The notes under the pieces were generated by a model. The model worked only from the letters and a program-made list of their open reading frames with translations. It searched no databases and was not told the origin of the DNA. The position numbers and the translations under genes are program-made. A stretch of DNA of 64,000 nt from positions 1,922,001 through 1,986,000 of the forward strand of contig JAUFOR010000002.1 in assembly GCA_040285745.1 (NCBI GenBank), written 5' to 3'. Positions 31,132 to 41,784 of the stretch are shown here, in pieces. The DNA is from Barthelona sp. PCE (taxonomy: Eukaryota). The stretch's first letter is position 1, and the number at the start of each line of letters is the position of its first letter.

Positions 31132-31381
31132 CGTTCGTTTAAAATGATGTGCAATTTAAGCAACAACTTAGAAAGAGAAGAAAAAGAGAAAAACATCGGT
31201 TGAATGTCAAAACGGCTAGAGACCACGTTGAAGGGTACTTTTACACCACTGTGAGAAAATAATGCCGTGAAATTTACTTTAAAGTTCTCTACATCTCATA
31301 AAACATTTTTATGCACCTTCTGCTTTATTTTTAACTTTTCAATAACTTTTTTGGATATTCCACATAAGTGTAACGATTGGT

Positions 31382-31493
31382 ATAGGTTGGGGACGACCGT
31401 ATTACCTCAAATTGTTTTTTTTTTTACTTAAAACAGTGTAATAAACAGTTGTGTGTCAAATATTGTAAAACTGAGGTGTGGATCTCAACCTAT
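31382..31493. promoter_or_regulatory. Long imperfect stem-loop ~250 nt upstream of the PFO-FDH fusion
   Basis: ATAGGTTGGG (31382-91) pairs with CTCAACCTAT (31484-93); ACCTCA (31404-09) pairs with TGAGGT (31472-77). Function unknown. Confidence 0.35.
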
Positions 31494-32281
31494 TCCTCGA
31501 CATTCGAGTATTTTGACCTGTATCCAAACAATATTTACCTGAAACTAAAACAAATCAACAAATAATCATTCCTGACTCATTTTCAATGTCTCATAACGGC
31601 AACATTGACGATCTGCTTTGATTCTGCGCTTCAAAAACACTGTGATGGGGACAAAAGTATAAATACACTTTCATTATCCCAAAACACAGATAAATGATTC
31701 GCCACGATAGTTTCATACATATCTGCTTATTTGTTTATTTGCAAAAAGTTTATTTATATTACCCTCCCTTCAGCAACTCTTGCTGGTTTTACTTTTGGTG
31801 CTATTTAAGAAGCTTAAATATACCTAAATAGTGATACATCAATTCTTCTAAACAAAATTGTGATGTTTGACAAATTACTACCCAACAAATCTTCACCACT
31901 TGATGCATGAAAAACTTCCAAAGAGATCACCACTTCCAAAGAGAGTGGCCGGTAAATCAAACCAGCCAAAGTGAATCTCTGACATGCTAATGCGGGTTGT
32001 TTTGAAACAACAAATTGTAACATTATTGAGTTATTGATCAAATAGCCCAATTATTTGCACCAGTAGCCCAGCGGAAAGTTGGATAAATGATTTAAACAAT
32101 GCCCGTTGTCACACATGACTGAAATAAAAAAATTCAGATTTTCAAAGTAATAAAGAAGTTCCTAATCATCTATACACTCTCTGTACCTACAATTTTTGGC
32201 ACAATTAGTGTAAATTCACTTCTGAAAAGAATGTCAAAGTAGAAAAACAGTTGCAATATTTTTTCTCATTCATACATTCAT

Positions 32282-34371
32282 ATGCCAAGAAAATTGGAAG
32301 CCGGTCTGGGGTTTAATGCAAGAACAGGAATCCATGGGGCTTCGATTCCATTGTCACATGAACCGGGCATGATATATTTTGGTACAGATGGAGACATTGA
32401 GATACACGTTTCAGGAAGCCGTGAACCAATACACACAATCGCTTCACCCGATGAACTTGTTACACCCTGTTCATATAACATCGCTTCAGCCCACAAAGTT
32501 GCTGAATTTGATATGAACAATGTACAAGGGCTCTCCCGATGTATATGGAATCACAACCTATATTACACCAGTGAGCAACGTTGTTGGGAAACAAGAAGTG
32601 TGTGGGTTTTATTTTTTGAGTTTATTAATAATGATTATGTTTTTCTTGGTAAAGACACTATACAAGATGTAATGAATGATCATTCATTCATCTTCTTTGA
32701 CCGCCATACATTTTCGTCAGTGTTAGACCAAGAACGCTACATAGTATTTATTGATAATGTTGGGAAAATAGAAACAAGACTTCCTGTTCAAGGTATGATT
32801 GTCAGTCCTCTCGGGAACTACTTTTGTGTCTTAACCAATGTTGTTTATTTGGTAAGATTAAACAGAGATCAATTAAAGCAGCAATCTGTTCTAACTCCAG
32901 ACTCTCCTAATGTTGAACAGTTTAATACAGACTGTTGTCATCATAGTCATACGACCACAGACTCTCTCACGCTGTCTAGTTATGAACACGAGGGATATAG
33001 TTCTTTTAAGGAATATTTTCTTGATGAATTAGGTAATTTATCATGTGTGAATATTTTAGACGAATTTCCTTTACTGAAATCAATAGATCATATTATTAAT
33101 ATAGAGTATCTGAAGTTAAAATTGGATGGAGATGAGAAAATGTTAATATTAACGGGATTCATGCGAAGTCAGCACTGTTTTTTCATTTTTTCATTTTCGA
33201 AAAAGATTTACGGATAATTGAGTTTTCTGTGCGTAAAACATTGTATCCTGGCCCTAAAAGACCTTTTTCACGTAATTTTAACTACCTTACACACGTTCCT
33301 ATTCGATATTTTTATGGCAACAACTGTTTATTTAGAATAAGCAGTTTGTATAGCATTAAAAATATGATTATATCAGTTTGTAGTATTGAAAATAGCTTAG
33401 TTTGTGTTTTTAATGGAAATTTAGTCCTTATTAACAGTGATCAAATTATACTGTGGAATTTTTCTGAACGTATTATCAATTACACACGCCGTGGAGCATT
33501 TTGGTCCTACGATCCTGGCGAATATTTGAAATTAACATCTCAAAAACACATCTCTAATGGATATGTATCGTTTAGCAAACGAGTTGGTCGGAGTAATGAA
33601 GTGTTTTGCTTTGATTTTGCTTCTTATGATCCAACTGCACAAGATTCTGTTATTAGTGGGTATCTTATTAAGGAAGAAAAATCATCTGTTGTTGAAATTT
33701 ATCAAGATCGTATTCGGCTCCTTTCAACACGGTTTGACTATCATTATAACACTACAATAGGCAAGGTGTTTGATTATATTCTTGATACGGGTGAGATAAA
33801 GATGCTTTTTGAGGCAACAGGTAATTTTTTTGGTCTATGTGAATGTGTGAACGAACATTATATCAAAATTCGCGGAGTAGGAACATTTTCTTTTAATGGT
33901 GAAAGATGGATCATTACCCGAAATAAGTTCGTGATTAAAGAAAATGAAACAATTTTTTTTTTGCTTGATAAAGAAGAATTCACAATACCTGATGAATTCA
34001 TCATGTCCATTACTAATGATATTGCTCTATTCACTAATGCTGTCTATTTGGTTACGCCAGAAGCTTTCGATGAAAAGCCGTATGGATATAAGTTGATTGA
34101 TTTTGAAAAAGAAGGTATAGTTGCTAAAAAAAGCTGTACATATAAGACAGTCAGAGGTTTTGGTTTAGCAAGCTTTAATATGACTACCAAAATAATACAC
34201 CACCGCGTTTATACGTTTGATGAATGTGGAGAATTTAAGGTTGAGGTTAACGATCAAGATTTGTACGACTGTTTTATGCAAGCGACATATATCGACTTCA
34301 CTGATTGTTTTATGCGTGATAAACCGTGCATGTTAACGGAAAACCTAACAACAATTGATATTCGCAGGTGA
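32282..34371 (+). pseudogene. Lineage-specific two-domain hypothetical gene split by a frameshift near 33136-33160 (alternatively two tandem paralogs)
   Basis: ORF 32282-33217 (frame 2) overlaps a frame-1 ORF that is open from 33136. The two halves share motifs: GIH, NxVYLV, YxxDExG. Confidence 0.5.
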
Positions 34372-34608
34372 GAGAGAGTGTACTTTTTTTCATTAGAATT
34401 TAACAGACTTGACACTCTTCCTACAAAAGCTCATATTGGGAAATAAAATCTGTTTAAGACGCTATGAGCCTTACATATACCGTGGATAAACTGTTGGCAA
34501 ACAATAAATTAGTGAATTCGGTTTTCCAACCTTTCTCATCGACATTTTTACTGATTTGTTGTCTCAATATCATTCTGAAGTTTATATTCGTTGCTTAATT
34601 GTTCGAGA

Positions 34609-35358
34609 ATGAAAAATAGCACAACTCTTTTTTTTAAACGTCTAATGTCCATGATTTTTCCTGCTTGTTTGTCTATATGGGCGCAATTCTTCATTAATAT
34701 ACCAGAACGGGACTTTTCATCCTCAGATTGGTCTATCTCACATGAACATAGGGATGATACTGTAACACCTTTTTGGTTAACTATTGTTGGTCTGTTGCTT
34801 TGGATTTGCTCTATTTTGGTGGTTTTTTATATCAAAAACGATCTCTCACAAAAGAAGAACATTATTAATTTGGTTACATCCATTTTTGCTGGATTAGTCT
34901 TCAACACTGCACTCACCAACGTGATAAAGCACTTTGCTGGCCGCCTTCGTCCTGACTTCCTCGCAAGATGCATTCCCATTAACAGTGGAAACCCACTTCG
35001 CCCCAAATGCTCAAACACAGATACTACTCTAGTGAAAAATGGTCGACTAAGTTTTCCCAGTGGCCACTCTAGTACCGCAGCTTTCTTTGGGTTTGGACTA
35101 ACATACTTCTTCTTTTATGAATTGGATCTTCGTAAGAATCTCACCTTTGGCAATATCAATACAGTTTTTCTACCAACACTAATTGCAATTGTTGTAGGTG
35201 TAACTAGATCAACTGACTATCGTCACCACCCAACTGACATTGTTGCTGGGCTAGTTTTAGGTGCAATTGTGAGTTTCTTCACTTTCCTAGTTTATTATTT
35301 TGAACGTCGGAAAGATGAGGAGCACAGTCCCAAATTAAATTATCCTATGGAGGTTTAG
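34609..35358 (+). CDS. PAP2-family lipid phosphate phosphatase
   Basis: KHFAGRLRP, SFPSGHS and TRSTDYRHHPTDIVAG catalytic motifs; several TM helices. Confidence 0.92.
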   Translation: MKNSTTLFFKRLMSMIFPACLSIWAQFFINIPERDFSSSDWSISHEHRDDTVTPFWLTIVGLLLWICSILVVFYIKNDLSQKKNIINLVTSIFAGLVFNTALTNVIKHFAGRLRPDFLARCIPINSGNPLRPKCSNTDTTLVKNGRLSFPSGHSSTAAFFGFGLTYFFFYELDLRKNLTFGNINTVFLPTLIAIVVGVTRSTDYRHHPTDIVAGLVLGAIVSFFTFLVYYFERRKDEEHSPKLNYPMEV

Positions 35359-35484
35359 ACTTTTTAGCTACTCTTAGTGGTGTAAATATGCATTTAAAAC
35401 ATGTTTCAATAATTTATTCTTTAAAAAAACCAAACTTCGTACAATTTGTGAACTGCTTTTTATCACCTTTTATCTTGTTAGATA

Positions 35485-36009
35485 ATGCGTAAAATAGCGT
35501 TAAACCTCAAGCAAAAGCTCCAACCGTATCAATCAGCTCAATACAGCGAGCTTTTCGAAAAAATCGAATTCGAACTGTTTGAATTTGAACAGAGATTCCC
35601 TGGATTGGACATTCGCATTCCCAAGGAGGGTATTTTCTTGAGAGCAGGCCCCTATTGTCCATTTGAATGCTTTGTGCCAAGAAACATTGCTGACTGGCCA
35701 TCATCCGTATGTGCTACAACAGAACGTACGTGTTGCAGGGATCCCAGGCTTCTTGAACACTTCCACACTGTTATCACAAGCATATTCGCAATGATACAAT
35801 CGGAATTTCCCGATAACTTCGAGATTAATGAAGATTTTAGAGCATATGAAACACCTCCATCCGTTTCTCCATCAACTTACAAATGCAATGACTGGCACAA
35901 AGTTGAAACTCCAAGATATGCTCACAAACCAGCAAAGGCTATGGATGAGAGATACTCTCCTTCTTCTGGTCTTGGAGCATATGATGAAATGGAGTACCAC
36001 GATTTCTGA
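35485..36009 (+). CDS. Hypothetical protein (174 aa)
   Basis: ATG-initiated ORF filling the space between flanking genes; no recognised motif. Confidence 0.65.
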   Translation: MRKIALNLKQKLQPYQSAQYSELFEKIEFELFEFEQRFPGLDIRIPKEGIFLRAGPYCPFECFVPRNIADWPSSVCATTERTCCRDPRLLEHFHTVITSIFAMIQSEFPDNFEINEDFRAYETPPSVSPSTYKCNDWHKVETPRYAHKPAKAMDERYSPSSGLGAYDEMEYHDF

Positions 36010-36081
36010 CTCATATACATTATAAAAATAAAGAAAAAATGACCTGAAACTAAAAACATATCCTATTTCACTGACCAAAAA

Positions 36082-36594
36082 ATGAATTTTGGTGAATTGC
36101 AGGCGCTCAACAGTCTCATCCAGACAAATCAGCCCAAAGAAGAAGATTCAAATAAGGGAAGAAATTCAAATACAATCCGCTCCAATCCTAACCCTTCAAG
36201 AATTCCTATTGCAAAGCCAAACAGATTCTTACAGGAGTCTATTTGGGATGAGTCCGGTATTACGTCCACAATTATGGACAGGGACAATGAAGGACTTAAA
36301 GAACCTGAATATGATATCAAGTATTTACATTCCATAACTGCAACTGATGTTTTTCTGGGTGGCAGCCGCACTCCTTCGAGCGCAGATGCAGATACAATGG
36401 TTATAACAATCCAATTACCTGGTGAAAAACTTGCTGACCTTACACTTGATGAAACTGACACGTCAATCACACTACGTGGAACTTTGCATAAACTGTTTTT
36501 CGTCCTCCCACATGAAGGAATTAGCGCACAAGGTGAGTGTACGTTCAACAGCGAAAAGGAAGTAATGCAAATTATTCTTCCAATTAAGCGTTAA
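36082..36594 (+). CDS. DNAAF6: Axonemal dynein assembly factor PIH1D3/DNAAF6 (Twister)-like
   Basis: IWDE...PEYDIKY...TATDVFLG...TPSS...ITIQLPG followed by a CS-like domain. Confidence 0.78.
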   Translation: MNFGELQALNSLIQTNQPKEEDSNKGRNSNTIRSNPNPSRIPIAKPNRFLQESIWDESGITSTIMDRDNEGLKEPEYDIKYLHSITATDVFLGGSRTPSSADADTMVITIQLPGEKLADLTLDETDTSITLRGTLHKLFFVLPHEGISAQGECTFNSEKEVMQIILPIKR

Positions 36595-36615
36595 TTGATT
36601 TCAAATGTTTAATGA

Positions 36616-38412
36616 TCACAACATATCAAGCAGATCAAGAGTAGCCTCTGTTGAAATTCTATCTTCTGGCCAAATATCGTACAAATCACTGGGAATCCTC
36701 TCACGTAATGCATCGATCTGATCAATGTAATGTAATTCAGACAGTTCAATAATCCAGTGCAGTAAAATATATCTCTCCTTACGAAGATTTAATGCTTTGG
36801 ATTGCTCATAAAATTGATTAAGTATGTTAAGACCAACTTCAGGTTGATTCAAAAGCTCAACGTAAGCCTCTGCAACGCGACTCACAATGGGAAGGATCAA
36901 TTGGCCCTCTAATAACGAAACAAAAGGATCAAAAAATACATCTAACGTTACAATCGAATCTATATCAATACAGTGTTCAACAACCGCATCAATCCATGCC
37001 AAAACCTGCTCACGGTCATCAGTGCTTCTGCAAAAGTGGTTTGATACACCCAACAGTAAAGAGAGCAGCTGAGCATTCGTCAAGAAGTGTAATGCAGAAA
37101 GGAAATCTTTGAATTCCGTCTTTGTTGTCATACAAACACAATGTTCTGCCAAATATCGGAGAGCAATATCGTCTTTGTGAAGACGAAGATAGCATTCACC
37201 GAAAACAAGAGATAAACTTGGATGATCCTGTGAATGCCTCTCGTATATCTGAGACATACGCTCATCATCCACCTTACAACGAAGTAGTGTGACAACAACG
37301 TACTCAAGAACATCGAATGCAAACGTCATGCGATGAATCACCTCACAAACCTTCTCTACTTCACTGAACTCGTTGCTACTAGACATGAGAGATACAACAC
37401 GCAACAAAATTACTTGGGCGACAATGTATGAGAAGTCTTCGTGCTGCAAAACAGTCTGTAATGATATAATAAGATCACTTAGATTTTTTATCTTGCACAA
37501 ATCCTCTGATATTTGCAATATATCAAAAGATGTGAGCCCAATGGGTTTTGAATGAAGTTCTTTCTCTGCCTCTGCCACGTTACCGTCCATCAAGTGAAGC
37601 TCGCAGTTCAAAGAAGAATATAGACTAGGAGATAGGTTGCTAATTGAATTCAAATAACTAACAGCACTGTTTGTATCCATGTAATTACTCAAAAACATAC
37701 ACTGGAGACGGACAAAAGCGTAAGTTTCGTTCTCTGGAGTAAATACCATGCGACTAATATCAAATACCATTCTTTGATGACGAAAATCATCCTTAAATAA
37801 CTCCAGTATCTCATTAACAAAGGATACAGTCTGGTGTTGCCGAAGAGTGGCGTCAAGAACAGTTTCCATACCTGAGAACCATTCCATTTTTTTCGAAAAA
37901 AATCGAACAATGGCTATGCATGTACTGGCACCTGGTTTAAATGACAACCAATCCCTGAGTACGGACATCACGGCTTCGTTAAGGAGACTGTTCGGCGTGA
38001 CAGTCTTTTCATAATGCTTAATTAGTTCAAAACGGAAAGGTTTGTGAAGTGGTAGCAATCGTCCTGCCTCTTTCAATGTTTCAAGGTATTTATCCCCGTT
38101 AAAATGCTCCTTCTCGAACTTTAGATACTTCTTCCAACTGTTAATATGCCCATGGTCCACATTAAGGACTTTTTTGAAAAGTTTTCTGACTTGTGCATAA
38201 TTCTCCAACTTAATCTCAAAATTAATGTACTCGAACCACTTGTTAAATGCCCTGGGCCTACTTTTCAATAAAACTTCAAACTTCTTGCGTTCACGATCAA
38301 CATACTGCTCATAATCTTCACGATCAGCGATTTCCTCGACTTTCAATATGCTCCTCCTCGCGACAGAACGTTTTCTGGACGCGCTAATAACCGATTTATA
38401 CGATTGTGACAT
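36616..38412 (-). CDS. CLF1: Crooked-neck/Clf1/Syf3-like HAT-repeat splicing factor (divergent)
   Basis: IADREDYEQY...RKKFE...WFEYINFE...SWKKYLKFE at the N-terminus; KERYILL...IWPED at the C-terminus; likely start MSQSY at 38412. Confidence 0.72.
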   Translation of the reverse strand: MSQSYKSVISASRKRSVARRSILKVEEIADREDYEQYVDRERKKFEVLLKSRPRAFNKWFEYINFEIKLENYAQVRKLFKKVLNVDHGHINSWKKYLKFEKEHFNGDKYLETLKEAGRLLPLHKPFRFELIKHYEKTVTPNSLLNEAVMSVLRDWLSFKPGASTCIAIVRFFSKKMEWFSGMETVLDATLRQHQTVSFVNEILELFKDDFRHQRMVFDISRMVFTPENETYAFVRLQCMFLSNYMDTNSAVSYLNSISNLSPSLYSSLNCELHLMDGNVAEAEKELHSKPIGLTSFDILQISEDLCKIKNLSDLIISLQTVLQHEDFSYIVAQVILLRVVSLMSSSNEFSEVEKVCEVIHRMTFAFDVLEYVVVTLLRCKVDDERMSQIYERHSQDHPSLSLVFGECYLRLHKDDIALRYLAEHCVCMTTKTEFKDFLSALHFLTNAQLLSLLLGVSNHFCRSTDDREQVLAWIDAVVEHCIDIDSIVTLDVFFDPFVSLLEGQLILPIVSRVAEAYVELLNQPEVGLNILNQFYEQSKALNLRKERYILLHWIIELSELHYIDQIDALRERIPSDLYDIWPEDRISTEATLDLLDML

Positions 38413-38716
38413 TGAGAGGGATGATTTACAAAGAAACAAGTGCAGTGCAAAGTTAAAAAGTATTATATAGGCTTTAACGATGCTTATCTCGTAAAATAAC
38501 CGTGTTTGTTGATATATAACACTATAAAAACGATCATGCCGAAACCTGCACTGAAAACATCTTTTCAAACTCATTTACATGATTATTCTCACAATAAATC
38601 ACTTTTGAATATATCTGCTGACATCATTGAAGCACATAAAAAAATATGATGCTTTGCGAAGTTTTTTACAAAACCCTTGTTCTATTTTCGCTTTCCTCTT
38701 CTATATCAACATAAAT

Positions 38717-39274
38717 ATGCCCTATCCTAGGACAAGTGATCTCGAATCGGCGCTAGGAGAGATCTCTGAGCGACCAATGCCAAGAGTTCCTCAAAATCAC
38801 CTAATCATTGTCAATCTTCGGAATGAAATCAGGGCCCAGGAATATCACAACGAGGTTCTCGAATCCAAGATCAAGAAACTCACAAATAGACTAATCGAAG
38901 CAGAAGGAAACACCAAATATTTTTCAGAAGAATACTATGCTATGCTCGAATACAATGAAGCTATGGAGTTTGTGTTACATGAGAAAAACAAGGAGCTAAA
39001 TGAGATGATGGACAAGATAGCTAGCATCGAAGAGGAACTGCATTTGTACAAGAAATTGCATGAGGATCAAATTCGTACAATTTCACCCGTTATAAATGAT
39101 GAAGAGGCTATACTAATTGCAAGGGAAACTGAAGAACTGTTTAAAACACCGGCGCCTCCTGCTTTAGGTGCTGGAATCGGTGTTTTCCAAGATACATACA
39201 CTCTGACAGACAATGACCTTATGCACGCTGAATCCCTTGAAGGAAGCACCCACCTTCCATCCTGGGAAGTATAA
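38717..39274 (+). CDS. Small coiled-coil hypothetical protein
   Basis: Heptad-rich central region; likely ATG at 38717. Confidence 0.65.
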   Translation: MPYPRTSDLESALGEISERPMPRVPQNHLIIVNLRNEIRAQEYHNEVLESKIKKLTNRLIEAEGNTKYFSEEYYAMLEYNEAMEFVLHEKNKELNEMMDKIASIEEELHLYKKLHEDQIRTISPVINDEEAILIARETEELFKTPAPPALGAGIGVFQDTYTLTDNDLMHAESLEGSTHLPSWEV

Positions 39275-39339
39275 CCATAATAAAATCAAAAAAAAAGCCC
39301 TCAAATTGATTGAAAAGGTGAGAAAAAAATGATTTGGGT

Positions 39340-41562
39340 TTACTTCTTTGCAAATCTGCTCAATACTGCGTTTGGTGAGCTCTTCTTCTTCTTTGAGCTT
39401 TTCTTTTTCTGTGCAATAACCGGAATTCGTGAACTAGAAATAGCCTGAGGTATGAACTCCTCATCAGTACTCTCTGCTTCCATATACGAATCAAACGGTA
39501 TTGTCGGGCGGCTACTTGCCTCCTGGGTCTGCGTGCGGTCAACATCCAGCAACTCGTTCGTTGCAATCAATGTGCTTGGAAGAACAAAATCATCATCTGA
39601 GTCGGATTCGATCTCAATTGGTCCTTTTCTGCTTCTTCCCGCCATAGGGTTCGGTGTGGTTCCCGTTGCAAAGTCAAAAAGAGTCGTTTGCTTCTTCTTA
39701 CGCACTGATCTCTTGCTACGAGCAGCGGTTGACGAAGATGCTGTTCTTTTCTTCCTATCCATTCGAAGTGACTGGCTGGGAACGTGAGATAGCATGCTCA
39801 CATCCGCAACTTCATGTTGCTGTGTTGTACGTGTTCTACGACGGCGCGGTTGGGCTGGAACTGTACCTTCAATAGTTGGTGCAGTTACAGTGACCGACTC
39901 TGTATCAGAAGCAGCAACGCTCATTGTTGAAAAAGACTCGACGAACTGCTGGTTCCTATCAGCTGCAAAATTGGTTAACAAGTTAAATATCTCTGGTTTT
40001 CCCAACTCTTCAGGATTTTCTTGATTTATATGCTGGAAGATGCTGCGACGAAGGGCCTTACCCGCTTCCTCTGCAACCGATGCATAATCATCTGTTCCGC
40101 CTGAAATAAAGCTGCTAAAACACCGTACTGATGAACTAAAATCCAGTATTGAGTAAGGATCCAGGTCAGAACTCTCTTGTCTTTGTAAAATACGATGCAC
40201 CAGAAAATCCTCGACGGCTGACCTGTTGTCATCTGCTTGTGTGATCCATTCTCCTCTTCGCGTCTTGGAATCAGCTACACTACGATGCTTCCGTGATATA
40301 ACTTGAAGTATCTTTTCGGGATTTGCTACGAGATTGGTGAATACCTGACCGAAATCGCGTGCCATGGGAGCTTTTCCGTAAGGCAGACGCACCTTGTATC
40401 TCGCCAATGGAACCATCAGAGAATGTGATTCAATACCCGAAAGGCAAGCAGCAAAATTTGATATGTCATGGTCTTGATCAAGTGACAGTCCTATCTCAAC
40501 GTCACGCTTGGCTGTGGCGACCCTTAACTCGTTCAACTCACCGCTTTGCTGTGTATCTAAGTGATCTTGCATGTGACTGATGAGCACATCTCTTACGATC
40601 TTCATCTGTTCATGCTCACCTAACGTTACCGTCTCCTCAAAAAACACAACCGGTCTGACGTGGAACAGCCTCCGGCTTCGTAATCTACCTGCTGGGGCAA
40701 CTACTCCATCTTCCTCTAAAAGATCTATCTCCAAGATAAACATGTTCTTATCACCAAGTTCATCGCTGTTGAATGAAGTGCGGACTGGGCTGCCTGGAAT
40801 CAGTAATGGGGTTGTATAATCTTCATTAATGGTGCTATAATGTTCATGACCACAAATTATAAAATCCAGGAATGAACACTGTGCGATGAGCTTCTCAAAG
40901 TCGTTTTTCATCTTGATTGTGCGCTTCTTGACATTCTCATGAATAACAAGAATACTATAACAATTATCGGGTGGTGGAGCAAAAATAAGTCGATTTGAAG
41001 TTAAAAGACTCCAGAATCGACCCTCCTTCAGATACCCAATTGCATAAATTGCAACCTTGACACCATCCTTCTCTAAAATGAGAGGCGTAATGTGAATATC
41101 CTCATCCTCATTGTTGACACCTCCAAAGTAGTTTATGAGGCGCGCACAGGAAGCTGTGTGAAGCGGAGACGTGCGTTCAAGCCCGACTGGATCGTCATGG
41201 TTACCATGAATGGCAAAAAATGGAAGGGCTACTGATCCTCCTGGTTCCTCAAAGTTAAGCGTCTTTTTATCGTATAACCCGTGAAAATAGGGGCGCTCGT
41301 CTGTATTTTGAGGACATTTAACCTTCGTATCATTAGCTCCAAATACATAATGCGATGTAATGTGGTTGAATCGCTTCGTTATACTCTGGTTGGGGTTGGA
41401 TGTGTCAAAGAGATCGCCGCCATGCAGGATGATATCACACTCGTTATAATTTGAGAGATATAGGCATTCCTCGTATGCATAAAAGGAATCGTGCTTTCGG
41501 AACTCATCCTTTCCCTTGTGCCCCAAGTGACTGTCCGAAAAAATACTAATTCGAAACGGCAT
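39340..41562 (-). CDS. MRE11: Double-strand break repair nuclease Mre11
   Basis: Phosphoesterase motifs SDSHLG, GGDLFD, IHGNHDDP, GHEH, PGS; VANP capping-domain motif; disordered C-terminus. Confidence 0.93.
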   Translation of the reverse strand: MPFRISIFSDSHLGHKGKDEFRKHDSFYAYEECLYLSNYNECDIILHGGDLFDTSNPNQSITKRFNHITSHYVFGANDTKVKCPQNTDERPYFHGLYDKKTLNFEEPGGSVALPFFAIHGNHDDPVGLERTSPLHTASCARLINYFGGVNNEDEDIHITPLILEKDGVKVAIYAIGYLKEGRFWSLLTSNRLIFAPPPDNCYSILVIHENVKKRTIKMKNDFEKLIAQCSFLDFIICGHEHYSTINEDYTTPLLIPGSPVRTSFNSDELGDKNMFILEIDLLEEDGVVAPAGRLRSRRLFHVRPVVFFEETVTLGEHEQMKIVRDVLISHMQDHLDTQQSGELNELRVATAKRDVEIGLSLDQDHDISNFAACLSGIESHSLMVPLARYKVRLPYGKAPMARDFGQVFTNLVANPEKILQVISRKHRSVADSKTRRGEWITQADDNRSAVEDFLVHRILQRQESSDLDPYSILDFSSSVRCFSSFISGGTDDYASVAEEAGKALRRSIFQHINQENPEELGKPEIFNLLTNFAADRNQQFVESFSTMSVAASDTESVTVTAPTIEGTVPAQPRRRRTRTTQQHEVADVSMLSHVPSQSLRMDRKKRTASSSTAARSKRSVRKKKQTTLFDFATGTTPNPMAGRSRKGPIEIESDSDDDFVLPSTLIATNELLDVDRTQTQEASSRPTIPFDSYMEAESTDEEFIPQAISSSRIPVIAQKKKSSKKKKSSPNAVLSRFAKK

Positions 41563-41784
41563 CGTTGAGAGAAGGTGAAAAAGTATAATCGAAAAACGCA
41601 ACCTTTTCACCAGCTGCTATCAGTCCTGTTGTAGGGCTAATTCTTCTCATAAACCCCATCTCCAACACTCAATTTCATGAAAAACAGAAAGGAAAGGAGA
41701 CAGAATGAACGCTCACTGTAAGTTGCGTTTTCCTTTTTCTCTCCTCATTCGTATAAAGAAGCTTAACCTCCAGCATCAATACAT

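Noticed and set aside
31382-31500. TPP riboswitch upstream of the TPP-dependent PFO (minus strand has TGAGA and GGTAATAC)
   Set aside because: The ACCUGAU and GCGNAGG core elements and the correct spacing are absent.
31814-32050. 78-aa minus-strand ORF with a 13-bp direct repeat (ACTTCCAAAGAGA x2)
   Set aside because: Non-ATG start, no recognisable motif; the repeat is too short and has only two copies, so it is not CRISPR-like.
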